Part shown: one piece after another, positions 22,699-33,037 of the stretch
Layout of the letters: each line of letters opens with the position of its first letter
Position numbering within the stretch: the first letter of the stretch is position 1
From: an uncultured Alphaproteobacteria bacterium
GTDB taxonomy: Bacteria > Pseudomonadota > Alphaproteobacteria > SHVP01
Assembly: GCA_964611585.1 (NCBI GenBank)
Contig: CAZTAK010000002.1
Location: 9,563-73,393, forward strand
Direction: 5' to 3'
Length of the DNA stretch: 63,831 nt
Notes under the pieces: model-generated
Database searches by the model: none
Seen by the model: only the letters and a program-made list of their open reading frames with translations
What the model was told of the DNA's origin: nothing
Translations under genes and position numbers: made by a program

Positions 22699-23400
22699 CT
22701 ACCCCGGTTCGGTACTCAAAACCCCTTCGTGCAGATAAATCGTGCGGTCCATGCGCCGGGCCAGCCCCTGATTGTGTGTCGCGATCAGGGCGGCGAGCCC
22801 CTCGTTGCGGACGAGATCGAGCAGTTTGGTAAATACGCCGTCGGCGGTGCGCTCGTCGAGGTTGCCGGTCGGTTCGTCGGCCAGCAATATCTTCGGTTCG
22901 TTGGCAATGGCGCGGGCGATGGCGGCGCGCTGCTGTTCGCCGCCCGAGAGCCGCGCCGGTCGGTGGCCGGTGCGCTCGCCAAGACCGAACCGGCCAAGCA
23001 GATCGTTGGCCCGCACCCGCGCCGCCGCTTTGGTCCGCCCGGCGATCAGTTGTGGCAGGACGACGTTTTCGAGCGCCGAGAATTCGGGCAGCAAATGGTG
23101 AAACTGGTAGAGGAATCCAAGCGTGGTGCGCCGGATCCGCGTGCGCTCGGAATCGCCAAGCCGGACGGTGTCGCGCTCCTCGACGAATACCTCGCCGCCG
23201 TCGGGCGGCTCCAGCAGCCCGGCGATTTGCAGCAGCGTCGATTTCCCCGAACCCGAGGGGCCCAAGAGCGCCACTGTTTCCCCGACGCCCAGCGTCAGCG
23301 ACGCCCCGCGCAGCACTTCCAGCACATTGCCGCCCTGGTGGAAGCGGCGGACGATACCCTTGAGTTCGAGGACCGGGCCGGCCGCGGCCGGGGCCGTCAT
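22699..23400 (-). CDS. lolD: lipoprotein-releasing ABC transporter ATP-binding protein LolD
   Basis: ORF trimmed to ATG 23400, which makes an ATGA overlap with the upstream permease stop. Walker [13 protein letters not shown] signature [14 protein letters not shown], Walker [12 protein letters not shown]. Confidence 0.85.
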   Translation of the reverse strand: MTAPAAAGPVLELKGIVRRFHQGGNVLEVLRGASLTLGVGETVALLGPSGSGKSTLLQIAGLLEPPDGGEVFVEERDTVRLGDSERTRIRRTTLGFLYQFHHLLPEFSALENVVLPQLIAGRTKAAARVRANDLLGRFGLGERTGHRPARLSGGEQQRAAIARAIANEPKILLADEPTGNLDERTADGVFTKLLDLVRNEGLAALIATHNQGLARRMDRTIYLHEGVLSTEPG

Positions 23401-24638
23401 TCGTATCGCAACGCTTCGACCGGATCGAGGCGCGCTGCCCGCCACGACGGATAAATCGTCGCCAGAAACGAAAGCGCCAGACCCATCAAAACCACGGTCG
23501 CGACTTCGCCCGGGTCGATCTTGGCCGGCAGCTGCGACAGAAAATAGATCTCGGCCGCGAACAGGTCTGTTCCGGTCAGGCTTTCGAGGCCACGGCGGAT
23601 GGTTTCGATGTTGGCGGCGAAGGCGACGCCGAGCCCCAGTCCCAGCGCGGTTCCGATCACGCCGATGCTGGCGCCGGCAATGAAGAACACGCGCATCACC
23701 ATGCCTCGGGTCGCCCCCATGGTGCGCAGGATGGCGATGTCGCGCCCTTTATCCTTCACCAGCATGATGAGACTGGAAATAATGTTGAACGCAGCGACCA
23801 GAATGATCAGCGTCAGAATCAGGAACATGACGTTGCGTTCGATCTGAAGCGCATTGAAATAATGCGAATTGACCTGCTGCCAGTCGTTCAGGCGCATGGG
23901 CCCGGTAAGGGGGATCAGGCGCTGGCGCACCCCGTTCACGTCGTCGGGATCGTCGATCCGCACTTCGATCGCGCCGACCGATTGATCCATACGGAAATAG
24001 ACCTGCGCCGCCGCCAGCGGCATGAACACGAACGCCGAATCGTATTCGAACATGCCGATCTCGAAGGTTGCGGCGACGCGGTAGGCGCGCGCGCGCGGCA
24101 CCGTGCCGAACGGCGTCGCGGTGCCCTCGGGCGAGATCAGCGTGAGGGTGTCGCCGACGCGGACCCCCAGCCGCCGGGCAAGCTGGTTGCCGATAATCAC
24201 GTCGGTCTCGGGGTCGAGCGACACCGGCGCGGCGCCGCTAATCCCGTCGCCCACCAGGGTGTGCTCCTGCAAATCGCTCATGCGAATGCCGCGCACCAAT
24301 GCCCCGGTGGCGGTATTGTTGGCGGTCGCCATCACCTGACCGTCGATGATCGGGATGGCGCTGACGACTCCTTCGAGGGCGCCGATACGCGTTGCGAGAT
24401 CGTCATAACCGCGCACCGGCCCGGACACGCTTTGCACAACCAGATGGCCATTGAGCCCGAGGATGCGCCCGAGCAATTCGTCGCGGAAGCCGTTCATCAC
24501 CGACAGCACCACGATCAGGGTGCCGACCCCAAGGGCGATGCCGAGCAGTGAAAATCCGGCGATGACGGAAATGAATCCCTCCGCCCGGCGCGCCCGCAAA
24601 TAGCGCCCTGCCACCATCCATTCGAAGGCGGAAAACAC
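23397..24638 (-). CDS. lipoprotein-releasing ABC transporter permease (LolC/LolE family)
   Basis: 413-aa ORF (GTG start) with FtsX-like topology: N-terminal TM, large periplasmic loop and three C-terminal TMs. Adjacent to lolD. Confidence 0.85.
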   Translation of the reverse strand: MFSAFEWMVAGRYLRARRAEGFISVIAGFSLLGIALGVGTLIVVLSVMNGFRDELLGRILGLNGHLVVQSVSGPVRGYDDLATRIGALEGVVSAIPIIDGQVMATANNTATGALVRGIRMSDLQEHTLVGDGISGAAPVSLDPETDVIIGNQLARRLGVRVGDTLTLISPEGTATPFGTVPRARAYRVAATFEIGMFEYDSAFVFMPLAAAQVYFRMDQSVGAIEVRIDDPDDVNGVRQRLIPLTGPMRLNDWQQVNSHYFNALQIERNVMFLILTLIILVAAFNIISSLIMLVKDKGRDIAILRTMGATRGMVMRVFFIAGASIGVIGTALGLGLGVAFAANIETIRRGLESLTGTDLFAAEIYFLSQLPAKIDPGEVATVVLMGLALSFLATIYPSWRAARLDPVEALRYE

Positions 24639-24641
24639 GGC

Positions 24642-25961
24642 CTATCCGCTGAGATAGGAGAGCGCGGCCTCGGGCGACAATTCAAAGCGGTTGCCGGTGC
24701 CGCGGTCTTTGATTTCGACGACGCCCTGTTTGAGGCCGCGCGGCCCGATCACCACCTGCGTCGGCAGGCCGATGAGATCCATGTTGGTGAATTTGGCCCC
24801 GGCGCGGCCTTCGGTGTCGTCGTAGAGAACGTCGAGCCCAGCAATTTTGAGGTTTTGCACCAGGTCTTCGGCAGCCTTGTCACAAGCCTTGTCGCCCGCT
24901 TTCAGATTGATGACGCCGGCATCGAAGGGGGCCACCGCCTTGGGCCAGACGATCCCGTTTTCGTCGTGGCTCGCCTCGATGATGGCGCCCACCAGTCGCG
25001 AGACACCGATGCCGTAAGAGCCCATCAGCACAGCCGACTCATTGCCGTCGGGACCGGTGACGCGAGCCCCCATCGCTGCGGAATATTTGTCGCCGAAATA
25101 GAAGATATGCCCGACTTCGATGCCGCGGGCGGTGAGCCGGTCATCTTCGGCCACGCGCGCCTCGAACTCCGCCGGATCGTGTTTTTCATCGGTGGTGGCG
25201 TATTCGCCGGTCCATTTGTCGATCAGCGGGGTGAGATCACTGTCGTAATCCACCTCTTCGCGCAGCATGTCGAGACCGGCTAGGTTGCGGTGGCAAAACA
25301 CCTCGCTCTCGCCGGTGTTGGCGAGGATGATGAATTCGTGGCTGAGATTACCGCCGATGGGTCCGGTATCGGCCTTCATCGGGATCGCCTTGAGGCCCAT
25401 GCGCGCAAACGTGCGCAGGTATGCGATGAACATTCTGTTGTAGGACCGCCGCGCCGCTGCAAAATCGAGATCGAAGGAATAGCTGTCCTTCATCAGGAAT
25501 TCGCGCCCGCGCATGACGCCATACCGCGGGCGCACCTCGTCGCGGAACTTCCACTGGATGTGATAGAGCAAGACCGGCAGGTCGCGGTAACTGCGCACCG
25601 ACTTGCGGAATATGTCGGCGATCTGTTCTTCGTTGGTGGGGCCATACAGCATGTCGCGGCCGTGGCGGTCGCTGATGCGCAACATCTCCTTGCCGTAGTC
25701 ATCGTAACGCCCTGATTCGCGCCACAAATCGGCGGGCTGGATGGTCGGCATCAGCATTTCCTGAAATCCCGCCCGATTCTGTTCTTCACGCACGATCTGT
25801 TCGATTTTCTTGAGCACCCGAAATCCGAGCGGCAGCCACGAGTAGATGCCGGCGCTCGACTGGCGCACCAACCCCGCGCGCAGCATCAGCCGATGGGAGA
25901 CGATTTGCGCCTCGGCCGGGTCTTCCTTGAGGGTAGGCAAATAGAACCGCGAGAGACGCAC
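24642..25961 (-). CDS. proS: proline--tRNA ligase (short form without insertion editing domain)
   Basis: ORF 24642..26180. GTG at 25961 gives (M)[29 protein letters not shown], the canonical ProRS N-terminus. The 439-aa length matches the alphaproteobacterial-type ProRS. Confidence 0.9.
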   Translation of the reverse strand: MRLSRFYLPTLKEDPAEAQIVSHRLMLRAGLVRQSSAGIYSWLPLGFRVLKKIEQIVREEQNRAGFQEMLMPTIQPADLWRESGRYDDYGKEMLRISDRHGRDMLYGPTNEEQIADIFRKSVRSYRDLPVLLYHIQWKFRDEVRPRYGVMRGREFLMKDSYSFDLDFAAARRSYNRMFIAYLRTFARMGLKAIPMKADTGPIGGNLSHEFIILANTGESEVFCHRNLAGLDMLREEVDYDSDLTPLIDKWTGEYATTDEKHDPAEFEARVAEDDRLTARGIEVGHIFYFGDKYSAAMGARVTGPDGNESAVLMGSYGIGVSRLVGAIIEASHDENGIVWPKAVAPFDAGVINLKAGDKACDKAAEDLVQNLKIAGLDVLYDDTEGRAGAKFTNMDLIGLPTQVVIGPRGLKQGVVEIKDRGTGNRFELSPEAALSYLSG

Positions 25962-26151
25962 TGGAATACTTTCGTTGCGGGATCCGTCATTTCCACGCCC
26001 GACTCGCGCGGCGGCACACTCTATTAACCGCCCCCGGGCTTGGCAATGGCGGCGGGCGGCGCGGTGCTTTGGACCCGGCGGCGCCACTTGCGGCATTGCC
26101 ACGGGCGCCAATACACTTGACGTACCGCGTACTGATGATTCATGGTGAGTC

Positions 26152-26430
26152 TTGGTCACGGGTTTCCGGAACCGGGACACCGAGCGGCACTATGGAGGCA
26201 CGCGTGTTCCCCGTTTCGAAGGCTTCAGCCGCAAGCAGGCGAACCGCCAATTCACCTATTTGAATGATGCGGCGAGCCTTTCCGACCTCGCTTCCATTCC
26301 GGGTAGCCGATTCAAGGCGTTGACCAACCGCTCGGGGGTGTACAGCATCCGGATCAACCGCCAATGGAGGATAGAATTCGAGTGGGACGACAGTCCCACA
26401 AGCGTTGCGATCACCAAGCACTACGAATAG
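26152..26430 (+). CDS. higB: type II toxin HigB (RelE/ParE superfamily, plasmid maintenance system killer)
   Basis: 92-codon ORF with a TTG start immediately after an in-frame [13 protein letters not shown]...RFEGF...[39 protein letters not shown] matches the HigB family pattern. The toxin-first order is typical of higBA. Confidence 0.8.
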   Translation: MVTGFRNRDTERHYGGTRVPRFEGFSRKQANRQFTYLNDAASLSDLASIPGSRFKALTNRSGVYSIRINRQWRIEFEWDDSPTSVAITKHYE

Positions 26431-26443
26431 CGGAGTCAATACG

Positions 26444-26746
26444 ATGACGAAATACGGTCTCCCTCCACGCCATCCGGGAGAACTGCTTGCAGGCGAATTG
26501 AAAGAACTCGGTATGTCGGCAAGTGCATTTGCCCGCGCTCTCGGTGTTTCAACCAACCGCATCACCCAGATATTGCGGGGCCAACGATCCATCTCGGCCA
26601 ATACATCCCTGCGCTTGGCTCGGTTCTTTGGCTGTGGCGATCAATTCTGGCTGAACTTCCAGAAAACCTATGACATCCGCCTCGCGCAACGTCAGGCCGG
26701 CAAGAAAATCGAACGCGAGGTCACACCCCTCAAGGACGTGGCCTGA
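26444..26746 (+). CDS. higA: HigA family antitoxin (XRE-type HTH)
   Basis: ATG at 26444, 13 nt after the higB stop, with GGAG at 26432-26435. The sequence HPGELLAGELKELGMSASAFARALGVSTNRITQILRGQRSISANTSLRLARFFG is the classic HigA/VapI HTH. Confidence 0.85.
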   Translation: MTKYGLPPRHPGELLAGELKELGMSASAFARALGVSTNRITQILRGQRSISANTSLRLARFFGCGDQFWLNFQKTYDIRLAQRQAGKKIEREVTPLKDVA

Positions 26747-26781
26747 CCCGCAAGATCCGGCGCTGCGCCAGAACGGCTCCC

Positions 26782-27237
26782 TCAGTCGGCGAATTCCTCG
26801 CGGCACAGCGCCACCACGCCGTCGAACACCGGGTCCGAGAGCGGTTGCCCGTTGAAGGTGAGCCGGCCCCGCTTCAGTTGTTCGACGGTGCCGAAGTCGG
26901 CGGCGGTCTCGCCCATGCCCACGGGCGCGGCGACACCGAGGTACTCGTAGATATTCACGGTGATGTCGATGGCGATGGTCTCGGGCAGTTCGATGCGACG
27001 GCTGCCCGGCACGTCGGCAGGCGCGACGCTGCGGCCGTGAACATCGACGCCGGGCCGGTAGGCAACGTCACCGTCGGGCGCGTAGCGGATCAGTTTGCGG
27101 CATTCCTTTTCGGTGACCACAATCTGCGGCGGCAGGTCCTCGGTTTCGTCGGCGCGTGCAGGCGCGGCCGGGCCAATGGAAAACAAGACCCCTGCCCACA
27201 GCATCAGGGCGGCCGCAACCGGGCGGGAAATCGACAT
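26782..27237 (-). CDS. secreted hypothetical protein
   Basis: ORF 26782..27276. ATG at 27237 gives signal peptide MSISRPVAAALMLWAGVLFSIGPAAPARA-DE. Alternative starts are ATG 27261 and TTG 27276. No family recognised. Confidence 0.6.
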   Translation of the reverse strand: MSISRPVAAALMLWAGVLFSIGPAAPARADETEDLPPQIVVTEKECRKLIRYAPDGDVAYRPGVDVHGRSVAPADVPGSRRIELPETIAIDITVNIYEYLGVAAPVGMGETAADFGTVEQLKRGRLTFNGQPLSDPVFDGVVALCREEFAD

Positions 27238-27502
27238 TTTCAGCGGGGATCCTGGCACCATAGGTTCATGCGTCAATTATGCAATTCTCCCGCCAGTCCG
27301 GGAAAAATTTTGCCGTTGTCAACCGCAAAACCCTAAATTTTTGGGTGACTTGGCGCCGGTACGGCTCTAGACTTTTCGCGCTCATAATGGCTGAAAATCA
27401 CGAAAATCACGGCCCGAGTTTTTGGGGAGGGTAACTTCAGCGGCGCGTCCGACAATAAAATATAATACCGCGATCGGCCCGCGAGGGCTGAGCCGCTCAA
27501 GC

Positions 27503-27535
27503 GAAGCAGGGTTTCCGAACCTTGCTTCTTTTTTT
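27503..27535 (+). terminator. orphan Rho-independent terminator (plus strand)
   Basis: 11-bp stem (27503-27513 pairs with 27518-27528, one G-U) closed by the UNCG-type tetraloop TCCG and followed by 7 consecutive T (27529-27535). No plus-strand CDS lies upstream. Confidence 0.8.
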
Positions 27536-27592
27536 GAAGTCATGCAATTTCAAAAGGTTAAGAGTGCTGTCTGATGTGTACGTTTAACATAT

Positions 27593-27829
27593 CTACAAGT
27601 CCCGCACGTTGATCCAGCCGGTTTTGATTACCGCCCAGATCGCGATCCACACGACGCCCGCCAGAACCGTCGTTATCGCAACCTTGAGCCCCATCCGCGG
27701 CTTCGCGGGTGCGCTCTCGACGGTGCCGGGCGCGATTTCCTTGGCCGGGTGAGCACCCCACGGCAACACCACGAACAGACACAGCCACCAAGTCACGAAA
27801 TATACGGCGAGTCCGGTGACCCAGGTCAT
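27593..27829 (-). CDS. DUF1467 family small membrane protein
   Basis: 78-aa ORF with two TM segments (LAVYFVTWWLCLFVVLPWG, AITTVLAGVVWIAIWAVI). Its position just downstream of mce matches my recollection of DUF1467 genes in alphaproteobacteria. Confidence 0.7.
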   Translation of the reverse strand: MTWVTGLAVYFVTWWLCLFVVLPWGAHPAKEIAPGTVESAPAKPRMGLKVAITTVLAGVVWIAIWAVIKTGWINVRDL

Positions 27830-27832
27830 AGC

Positions 27833-28237
27833 CTAGCCCTGCTCCAGCTCGATCAGGGTGCCGGAGAAATCCTTGGGATGAAGGAACAGCACCGGCTTGC
27901 CGTGTGCGCCGAGGGCGGGCTTACCGCCGCCCAGCACCCGCGCGCCCCTGGCGACCAGGGCCTCGCACGCGGCGCCAATATCGGCCACCTCGTAACAGAC
28001 ATGATGGATACCGCCGGCTGGGTTGCGCTCGAGAAACCTAGCGATCGGCGAGCTCTCTCCCAGGGGATGCAGCAGTTCGATCTTGGTGTTGGCAAGTTCG
28101 ACGAACACGGTGGTGACTCCGTGACCGGGTAGATCGATCGCCTCCGATACGGTGGCGCCCAGAAGCGTCCGGTACTGCTCTGCCGCCGCGGCGAGATCGG
28201 GCACGGCGATGGCGACATGGTTGAGACGTCCGATCAT
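27833..28237 (-). CDS. mce: methylmalonyl-CoA epimerase
   Basis: 134-aa VOC/glyoxalase-fold ORF with the N-terminus MIGRLNHVAIAVPDL and ...GGIHHVCYEV.... ATGA overlap with the rnj stop. Confidence 0.9.
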   Translation of the reverse strand: MIGRLNHVAIAVPDLAAAAEQYRTLLGATVSEAIDLPGHGVTTVFVELANTKIELLHPLGESSPIARFLERNPAGGIHHVCYEVADIGAACEALVARGARVLGGGKPALGAHGKPVLFLHPKDFSGTLIELEQG

Positions 28238-29946
28238 CGTCCCAATCCGCCGCTGAAATAGCCGGGCCGCGATTCGTAGGCCGCAGGCGGCAGTCGCACG
28301 ATATCGACATCGACCAAGGGACGCTTGCCGGTGGCCGGGCGCACGATCTGGTTGACCTGGCGGCGGACAGCGTTTTCCACCGCCAGATCGTCGCGCAAAT
28401 GCGAAGTGGCGAGCGCTTCGACGACCTGCACCAATGCCGCCTCGATGCCGCGGGCGAGCGCCCCTTCCCGGTGTTCGGCGACACCGTGGGGATTGACGCG
28501 GGGAACGGCGAGCAGCGCGCCTTCGGAATCCATCACCAGGGTGACGGAGACATATCCGTGATGCATCAGCCGCTTGCGGGCACGCAGCGCCGCACTGTCG
28601 GGATGCACCAGATTGCCGCCGTCGAGGGCGAGCCGGCCGGTCCCGACGTGATCGACGATTTCGGCCGGTCCCGGCGCCAGCCGCACGACCGCCCCGTTCG
28701 AGACCAGTACGCAGTGCGGAACGCCAAGGCGTTTGGCATAGGCCACGTGTTCGGCCAGATGGCGCGCTTCGCCATGGACCGGGACTGAAATCTCGGGCCG
28801 CACCCAGCTATAGAGTTCGGCCAGTTCCTCGCGCCCCGGGTGTCCCGACACATGCAAGAAATGATCGTCCTCGGTGAGGATTTCAACGCCGGCCTCCACC
28901 AGCAGGTTGACCATGCGCCCGATCGGGGCCTCGTTGCCGGGAATGATCTTGGAAGAAAAGATTACCAGGTCGCCGGTTTCCAGAGCCACGTCCGGATGCT
29001 CGCCGTCGGCGATGCGGGCCATGGCCCCGCGCGGTTCGCCCTGGCAGCCGGTGCATAGCAACAGAACTCTTTCGCGCGGCAGGTAGGCGGCCTCGGCAAC
29101 GCTCAGCACCGTCGGCAGGCCCAAAAGATAGCCCACGCTTTGCGCTGCTTCGATAGTGCGCAACAACGAGCGTCCGATAACGACGAGTTCGCGTTCGTGC
29201 GCTTGGGCGACGGCGGCGGCGGTGGCGACGCGGGCGACGTTGGACGCGAACGTCGTGATGGCAACCCGTCCCGTCCGGCCGTCCACCAGCTCCATCAGGC
29301 TGTTGCGGACGGCCGCCTCGGACCCAGAACTGCCGGGACTGAAGACATTGGTCGAATCGCACACCATTGCCAGCACGCCGTCATCGCCGAGCGTCCGAAA
29401 GGCCGCCTCGTCGGTTGCCGTGCCGACCAGCGGTTCGGGGTCGAGTTTCCAGTCGCCGGTATGAAGAATCGTTCCGGCGTCGGTACGGATCGCCAGCGAA
29501 CTGCCCTCGGGAACCGAATGGGTGATGCCGAGATAGGTAACAGTGAAGGGTCCCAACGCGAGAGCCTCGCCGTAGGTCACTTCGTTCACCGGCACCCGAT
29601 CGAGAAGCCCCGCCTCCTCCAGCTTGCGGCGCAGGATGGCGGCCGTGAACGGTGTTGCGTAGACGGGGCATTCCAGCCGCGGCCACAAATGGGCGACGGC
29701 GCCGAGGTGATCCTCGTGGGCGTGAGTCAGGACGATCGCAATCAGGTCGTCCTTGCGCTCGGCGATGAAGGTGGGGTCCGGCATCAAGATGTCGATGCCC
29801 GGCAGCGCCGCATCGGCAAAGGTAATGCCGCAATCGACGAGGATCCATTGGCCGCGGAACCCGTAAAGGTTCAAGTTCATACCAATCTCGCCCGATCCGC
29901 CAAGGGGCACGAAGATCAGTTCGGATTCGCTATCGGATTCCGTCAT
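28234..29946 (-). CDS. rnj: ribonuclease J
   Basis: 570-aa ORF with a metallo-beta-lactamase motif LTHAHEDHLGA, a beta-CASP region and the C-terminal domain typical of RNase J. Confidence 0.88.
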   Translation of the reverse strand: MTESDSESELIFVPLGGSGEIGMNLNLYGFRGQWILVDCGITFADAALPGIDILMPDPTFIAERKDDLIAIVLTHAHEDHLGAVAHLWPRLECPVYATPFTAAILRRKLEEAGLLDRVPVNEVTYGEALALGPFTVTYLGITHSVPEGSSLAIRTDAGTILHTGDWKLDPEPLVGTATDEAAFRTLGDDGVLAMVCDSTNVFSPGSSGSEAAVRNSLMELVDGRTGRVAITTFASNVARVATAAAVAQAHERELVVIGRSLLRTIEAAQSVGYLLGLPTVLSVAEAAYLPRERVLLLCTGCQGEPRGAMARIADGEHPDVALETGDLVIFSSKIIPGNEAPIGRMVNLLVEAGVEILTEDDHFLHVSGHPGREELAELYSWVRPEISVPVHGEARHLAEHVAYAKRLGVPHCVLVSNGAVVRLAPGPAEIVDHVGTGRLALDGGNLVHPDSAALRARKRLMHHGYVSVTLVMDSEGALLAVPRVNPHGVAEHREGALARGIEAALVQVVEALATSHLRDDLAVENAVRRQVNQIVRPATGKRPLVDVDIVRLPPAAYESRPGYFSGGLGR

Positions 29947-29972
29947 ATCTGCCAGCTGGCCTTGGATGCGGC

Positions 29973-30743
29973 CTACGATTTGGCATTTCGTTGCCAGATT
30001 TCCAGCAGCCCGCGCATCGTGAGATCGGGATCGACGTGCTGGATCGCGTCGGTTCCCTCGGCAAACAGTGGCGCCAGACCGCCGGTGGCAATCACCGTCA
30101 TCGGTGCCCCAAATTCCGTGATCGTGCGCTCTACCAGTCCTTCGATCAGGCCGAGATACCCATAATAGATGCCCGACTGCATCGCCGGCACGGTCCCCGT
30201 CCCGATCACCGTTTCGGGCCGCGCGACGGCGATCCGCGGCAGCTTGGCAGCGGCCATATGCAACGCCTCGAGGCTGAGGTTGATACCGGGCGCCAGAATC
30301 CCGCCGAGATAGGTCCCCTCGCCGTCAATGATGTCGAAATTGGTCGAGGTACCGAAATCGATAACAATTGCCGGGCCGCCATAAATCTTATGCGCCGCCA
30401 CCGCGTTCACCAGCCGGTCGGCCCCCACCTCTTCGGGCTTGGGCAGCGCGATCTTGAGATCGAGAATGACGGTATTGCCGACCTCAAGGGGCGTGGCGCC
30501 AAAATAGTGCCGGCACAGGCGCTTAAGGTCGAATGTCGCCTGCGGGACGACGGTTGCAAGGATGGCAGCGTCGATGTCTCCGCGCTCAAGGCCTTCGAGT
30601 GTCATTAACGCCATCAGCCAGACGGCATACTCATCAGCGGTGCGTTCGGAATCAGTTGAAAGACGCCACTGACCACGGCGGGTGTCACCGTCATAGACAG
30701 CGAAAACTGTGTTGGTATTGCCGGCGTCGATGGCGAGAAGCAT
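29973..30743 (-). CDS. coaX: type III pantothenate kinase
   Basis: 256-aa ORF with the N-terminus MLLAIDAGNTNTVFAVYDG and the later IVIDFGTSTNFD (ASKHA fold, CoaX pattern). Confidence 0.92.
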   Translation of the reverse strand: MLLAIDAGNTNTVFAVYDGDTRRGQWRLSTDSERTADEYAVWLMALMTLEGLERGDIDAAILATVVPQATFDLKRLCRHYFGATPLEVGNTVILDLKIALPKPEEVGADRLVNAVAAHKIYGGPAIVIDFGTSTNFDIIDGEGTYLGGILAPGINLSLEALHMAAAKLPRIAVARPETVIGTGTVPAMQSGIYYGYLGLIEGLVERTITEFGAPMTVIATGGLAPLFAEGTDAIQHVDPDLTMRGLLEIWQRNAKS

Positions 30744-30763
30744 GAGGGGTGTTCGTGCAGGGG

Positions 30764-31519
30764 TCAGGTGAAAGCGTGAGTCTCGGTGTTGCCGAAGTAT
30801 ACCGCACCGCCCGAAATGGTGTGGCGCTTGCCCGCGCCAAGGTCAAGGACCAGACCGCCCTCCTCGTCGATATCGACGAACAAGCCGTTCGGGCCGCCGC
30901 CGCCGGTCACCCGCGTAAGGACCCGCGTGCCCATACCGTGGGCGCGCCCGAGCCAGGCTTGCCGGAGCGGGCCGAAGCCGAGCCGCCGCCACGTCGCGGT
31001 CCAGTGATCCAGGCGCTCGAGAAAGGCTGCGAGAACGTCGTCCGGAGCGACTGCCTCGGCACCCTCGGCCGCCAGCGACGTCGCCGGCGATTCCCGGTAT
31101 TCCGGGTGGACGCCGATATTGAGGCCGCATCCCACGACCACCCAGGGGATTTGGGCGGCCGCAACCGGGGCCGCCTCCAGCAACAGGCCGGCAATCTTGC
31201 GCCCGCCGGCCAGCACGTCGTTCGGCCATTTTAGGCGGACATCGGATTGCGGAATGATTTCAGCGACCGCTTCGGCCGCGGCCAGTGCCGCCGCGAACGA
31301 AAGTTGGGCACATCGCCGCGCCTCGCAATCGGGCCGCAATACCACCGAACAATAGAGATTACCCGGCGGCGATTGCCAATGCCGGTTGAGCCGGCCGCGG
31401 CCCGACGTCTGAACTTCGGCGACCACGACCGTGCCTTCGGGCGCGCCGTCCACCGCCATATCCCGCGCCGCATCGTTGGTGCTGGGCAGGGTCTCGAAGC
31501 GATGGACTGTGGCGTTCAC
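30764..31519 (-). CDS. birA: biotin--[acetyl-CoA-carboxylase] ligase
   Basis: ORF 30764..31600 overlaps the nuoN end by 37 nt. GTG at 31519 (VNATVHRFETLPSTND...) avoids the overlap. GRGRLNRHWQSPPGNLY biotin-binding loop. The start remains uncertain. Confidence 0.8.
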   Translation of the reverse strand: MNATVHRFETLPSTNDAARDMAVDGAPEGTVVVAEVQTSGRGRLNRHWQSPPGNLYCSVVLRPDCEARRCAQLSFAAALAAAEAVAEIIPQSDVRLKWPNDVLAGGRKIAGLLLEAAPVAAAQIPWVVVGCGLNIGVHPEYRESPATSLAAEGAEAVAPDDVLAAFLERLDHWTATWRRLGFGPLRQAWLGRAHGMGTRVLTRVTGGGGPNGLFVDIDEEGGLVLDLGAGKRHTISGGAVYFGNTETHAFT

Positions 31520-31563
31520 AGGGCTTCCGGAATGTTCCGGCCGCGACGTTTCCGGTGGCGCGA

Positions 31564-33030
31564 TCAGGGCAGCAACACCCGAGCGGCGGCGAGTGTCCAC
31601 GCCAGAAGTGGTGCCGGGTAGACGAAAAACATCAGCGTCAAAACACTCGATCCTGCCAGGATATATCCGATCTCGCGGCCCGGCAGCGGTTCGAATACCT
31701 CCGCCGGTTCGTCGAAGTACATCACTTTAACGATGCGAATGTAGTAGAAAGCGCCGACCACGCTCGCCAGCACGCCGATCACGGCAAGCGTATACAGCCC
31801 GGCATCGATCGCTGCGAAGAAAACGTAGAACTTGCCGAAGAATCCGGCGAGCGGTGGCACACCCGCGAGCGAGAACATGAAGATCGCCATTGCCAGCGCC
31901 ATCATCGGGCGGCTGCGCGCCAGCCCGCCAAGGTCGGCGATGTCTTCCACCATCCCTCCGTTGACCCGCATCGAAAGGATCACCGCAAACGCGCCGGCAT
32001 TCATCACCAGATAGATCGCGAGGTAGACAAGAACGCTTTGCACCCCCTGCTCGGTGCCCGCCGCCAGCCCCACCAACGCAAAGCCCATATGGCCAATGGA
32101 ACTGTACGCCATCAGACGCTTGATATTGGTCTGGCGGATCGCCGCGAAGGCACCGACGACCATCGAGGCGATCGAGATCGAAACGATGATCTGTTGCCAC
32201 TCGCCGTTGATCTCGAAAAATGGCGCCACCAGCACGCGCACGAACAGGGCCATCGCCGCTATCTTGGGGGCTAGCGCCAGAAAGGCGGTGACCGGTGTCG
32301 CCGCGCCCTCGTAAACGTCGGGCGTCCACATATGGAAGGGCACGGCCGACACCTTGAACGCCAGGCCCGCCACCAGGAACACGACGCCGATGATGACGCC
32401 GATCGAGGGTCCCTGCCCTGCCGTTGCCTCGAAGATCGCGGCCAGCGACTCGAAATTGGTGGTGCCGGTGAAACCGTAGATGATCGAGCAGCCGTAGAGC
32501 AGCATCCCCGACGAAAGCGCACCCAGGACGAAATACTTGAGACCGGCTTCGGTCGAACGCAGCGAATCGCGGCGGAATGCCGCCAGCACATAGAGCGCCA
32601 AGCTTTGCAGTTCGATCCCCAGATAGAGCGAGATCAGGTCGTTGGCCGAGATCATCATCATCATGCCGAGCGTGGCCAGCAGCATGAGGACGGGAAACTC
32701 GGTACGCTCCATCTCCTGGTGACGCAGATAACTGTGCGACATCATCAAACCGAGCGCCGCCCCCGCCAGCACCAGGATTTTTGCGAACACACCGAACCCA
32801 TCGGTCACGAACATTCCGGCGAAGGTGACGGTGCGGCCTTCCGGTCCCGCCAGCATCAGTATGAAGGCAACGCCGAGCCCCAATACCGCCAGCCACGACA
32901 CGCTGCGGCTGGCGCGATTGCCGCGGAAAACGCCCCACATCAACAGCACCATCGCCCACACTGCGAGCCAGATTTCCGGCAGCGCAGGGGTGAAGTCGGG
33001 GATTTGGGTGACGGTCAGGGTCGCGCTCAT
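31564..33030 (-). CDS. nuoN: NADH-quinone oxidoreductase subunit N
   Basis: 488-aa polytopic antiporter-like ORF, last in the nuo gene order. Confidence 0.92.
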   Translation of the reverse strand: MSATLTVTQIPDFTPALPEIWLAVWAMVLLMWGVFRGNRASRSVSWLAVLGLGVAFILMLAGPEGRTVTFAGMFVTDGFGVFAKILVLAGAALGLMMSHSYLRHQEMERTEFPVLMLLATLGMMMMISANDLISLYLGIELQSLALYVLAAFRRDSLRSTEAGLKYFVLGALSSGMLLYGCSIIYGFTGTTNFESLAAIFEATAGQGPSIGVIIGVVFLVAGLAFKVSAVPFHMWTPDVYEGAATPVTAFLALAPKIAAMALFVRVLVAPFFEINGEWQQIIVSISIASMVVGAFAAIRQTNIKRLMAYSSIGHMGFALVGLAAGTEQGVQSVLVYLAIYLVMNAGAFAVILSMRVNGGMVEDIADLGGLARSRPMMALAMAIFMFSLAGVPPLAGFFGKFYVFFAAIDAGLYTLAVIGVLASVVGAFYYIRIVKVMYFDEPAEVFEPLPGREIGYILAGSSVLTLMFFVYPAPLLAWTLAAARVLLP

Positions 33031-33037
33031 GAGTCGG

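Noticed and set aside
26117-26145. TTGACG -35-like hexamer upstream of higB as the TA promoter or operator.
   Set aside because: No acceptable -10 hexamer lies at 16-18 nt spacing, and only a 4-bp GTAC inverted repeat is nearby. The evidence is too weak to annotate.
25962-26180. 73-codon N-terminal extension of proS. Similar over-long ORF starts occur for gltA, skp, cdsA, lolD, nuoJ, nuoG, nuoB, clpX, clpP and lon.
   Set aside because: Canonical family N-termini begin at internal ATG or GTG codons. These often coincide with ATGA or TGATG junctions to the upstream gene, and the extensions have non-coding-like composition.
27388-27435. 15-codon mini-ORF MAENHENHGPSFWGG in the AT-rich intergenic region.
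   Set aside because: It has no Shine-Dalgarno sequence. Its apparent repeat (ENH-ENH) is just the translation of the tandem 9-mer, and there is no coding periodicity. It is more likely part of a non-coding transcript.
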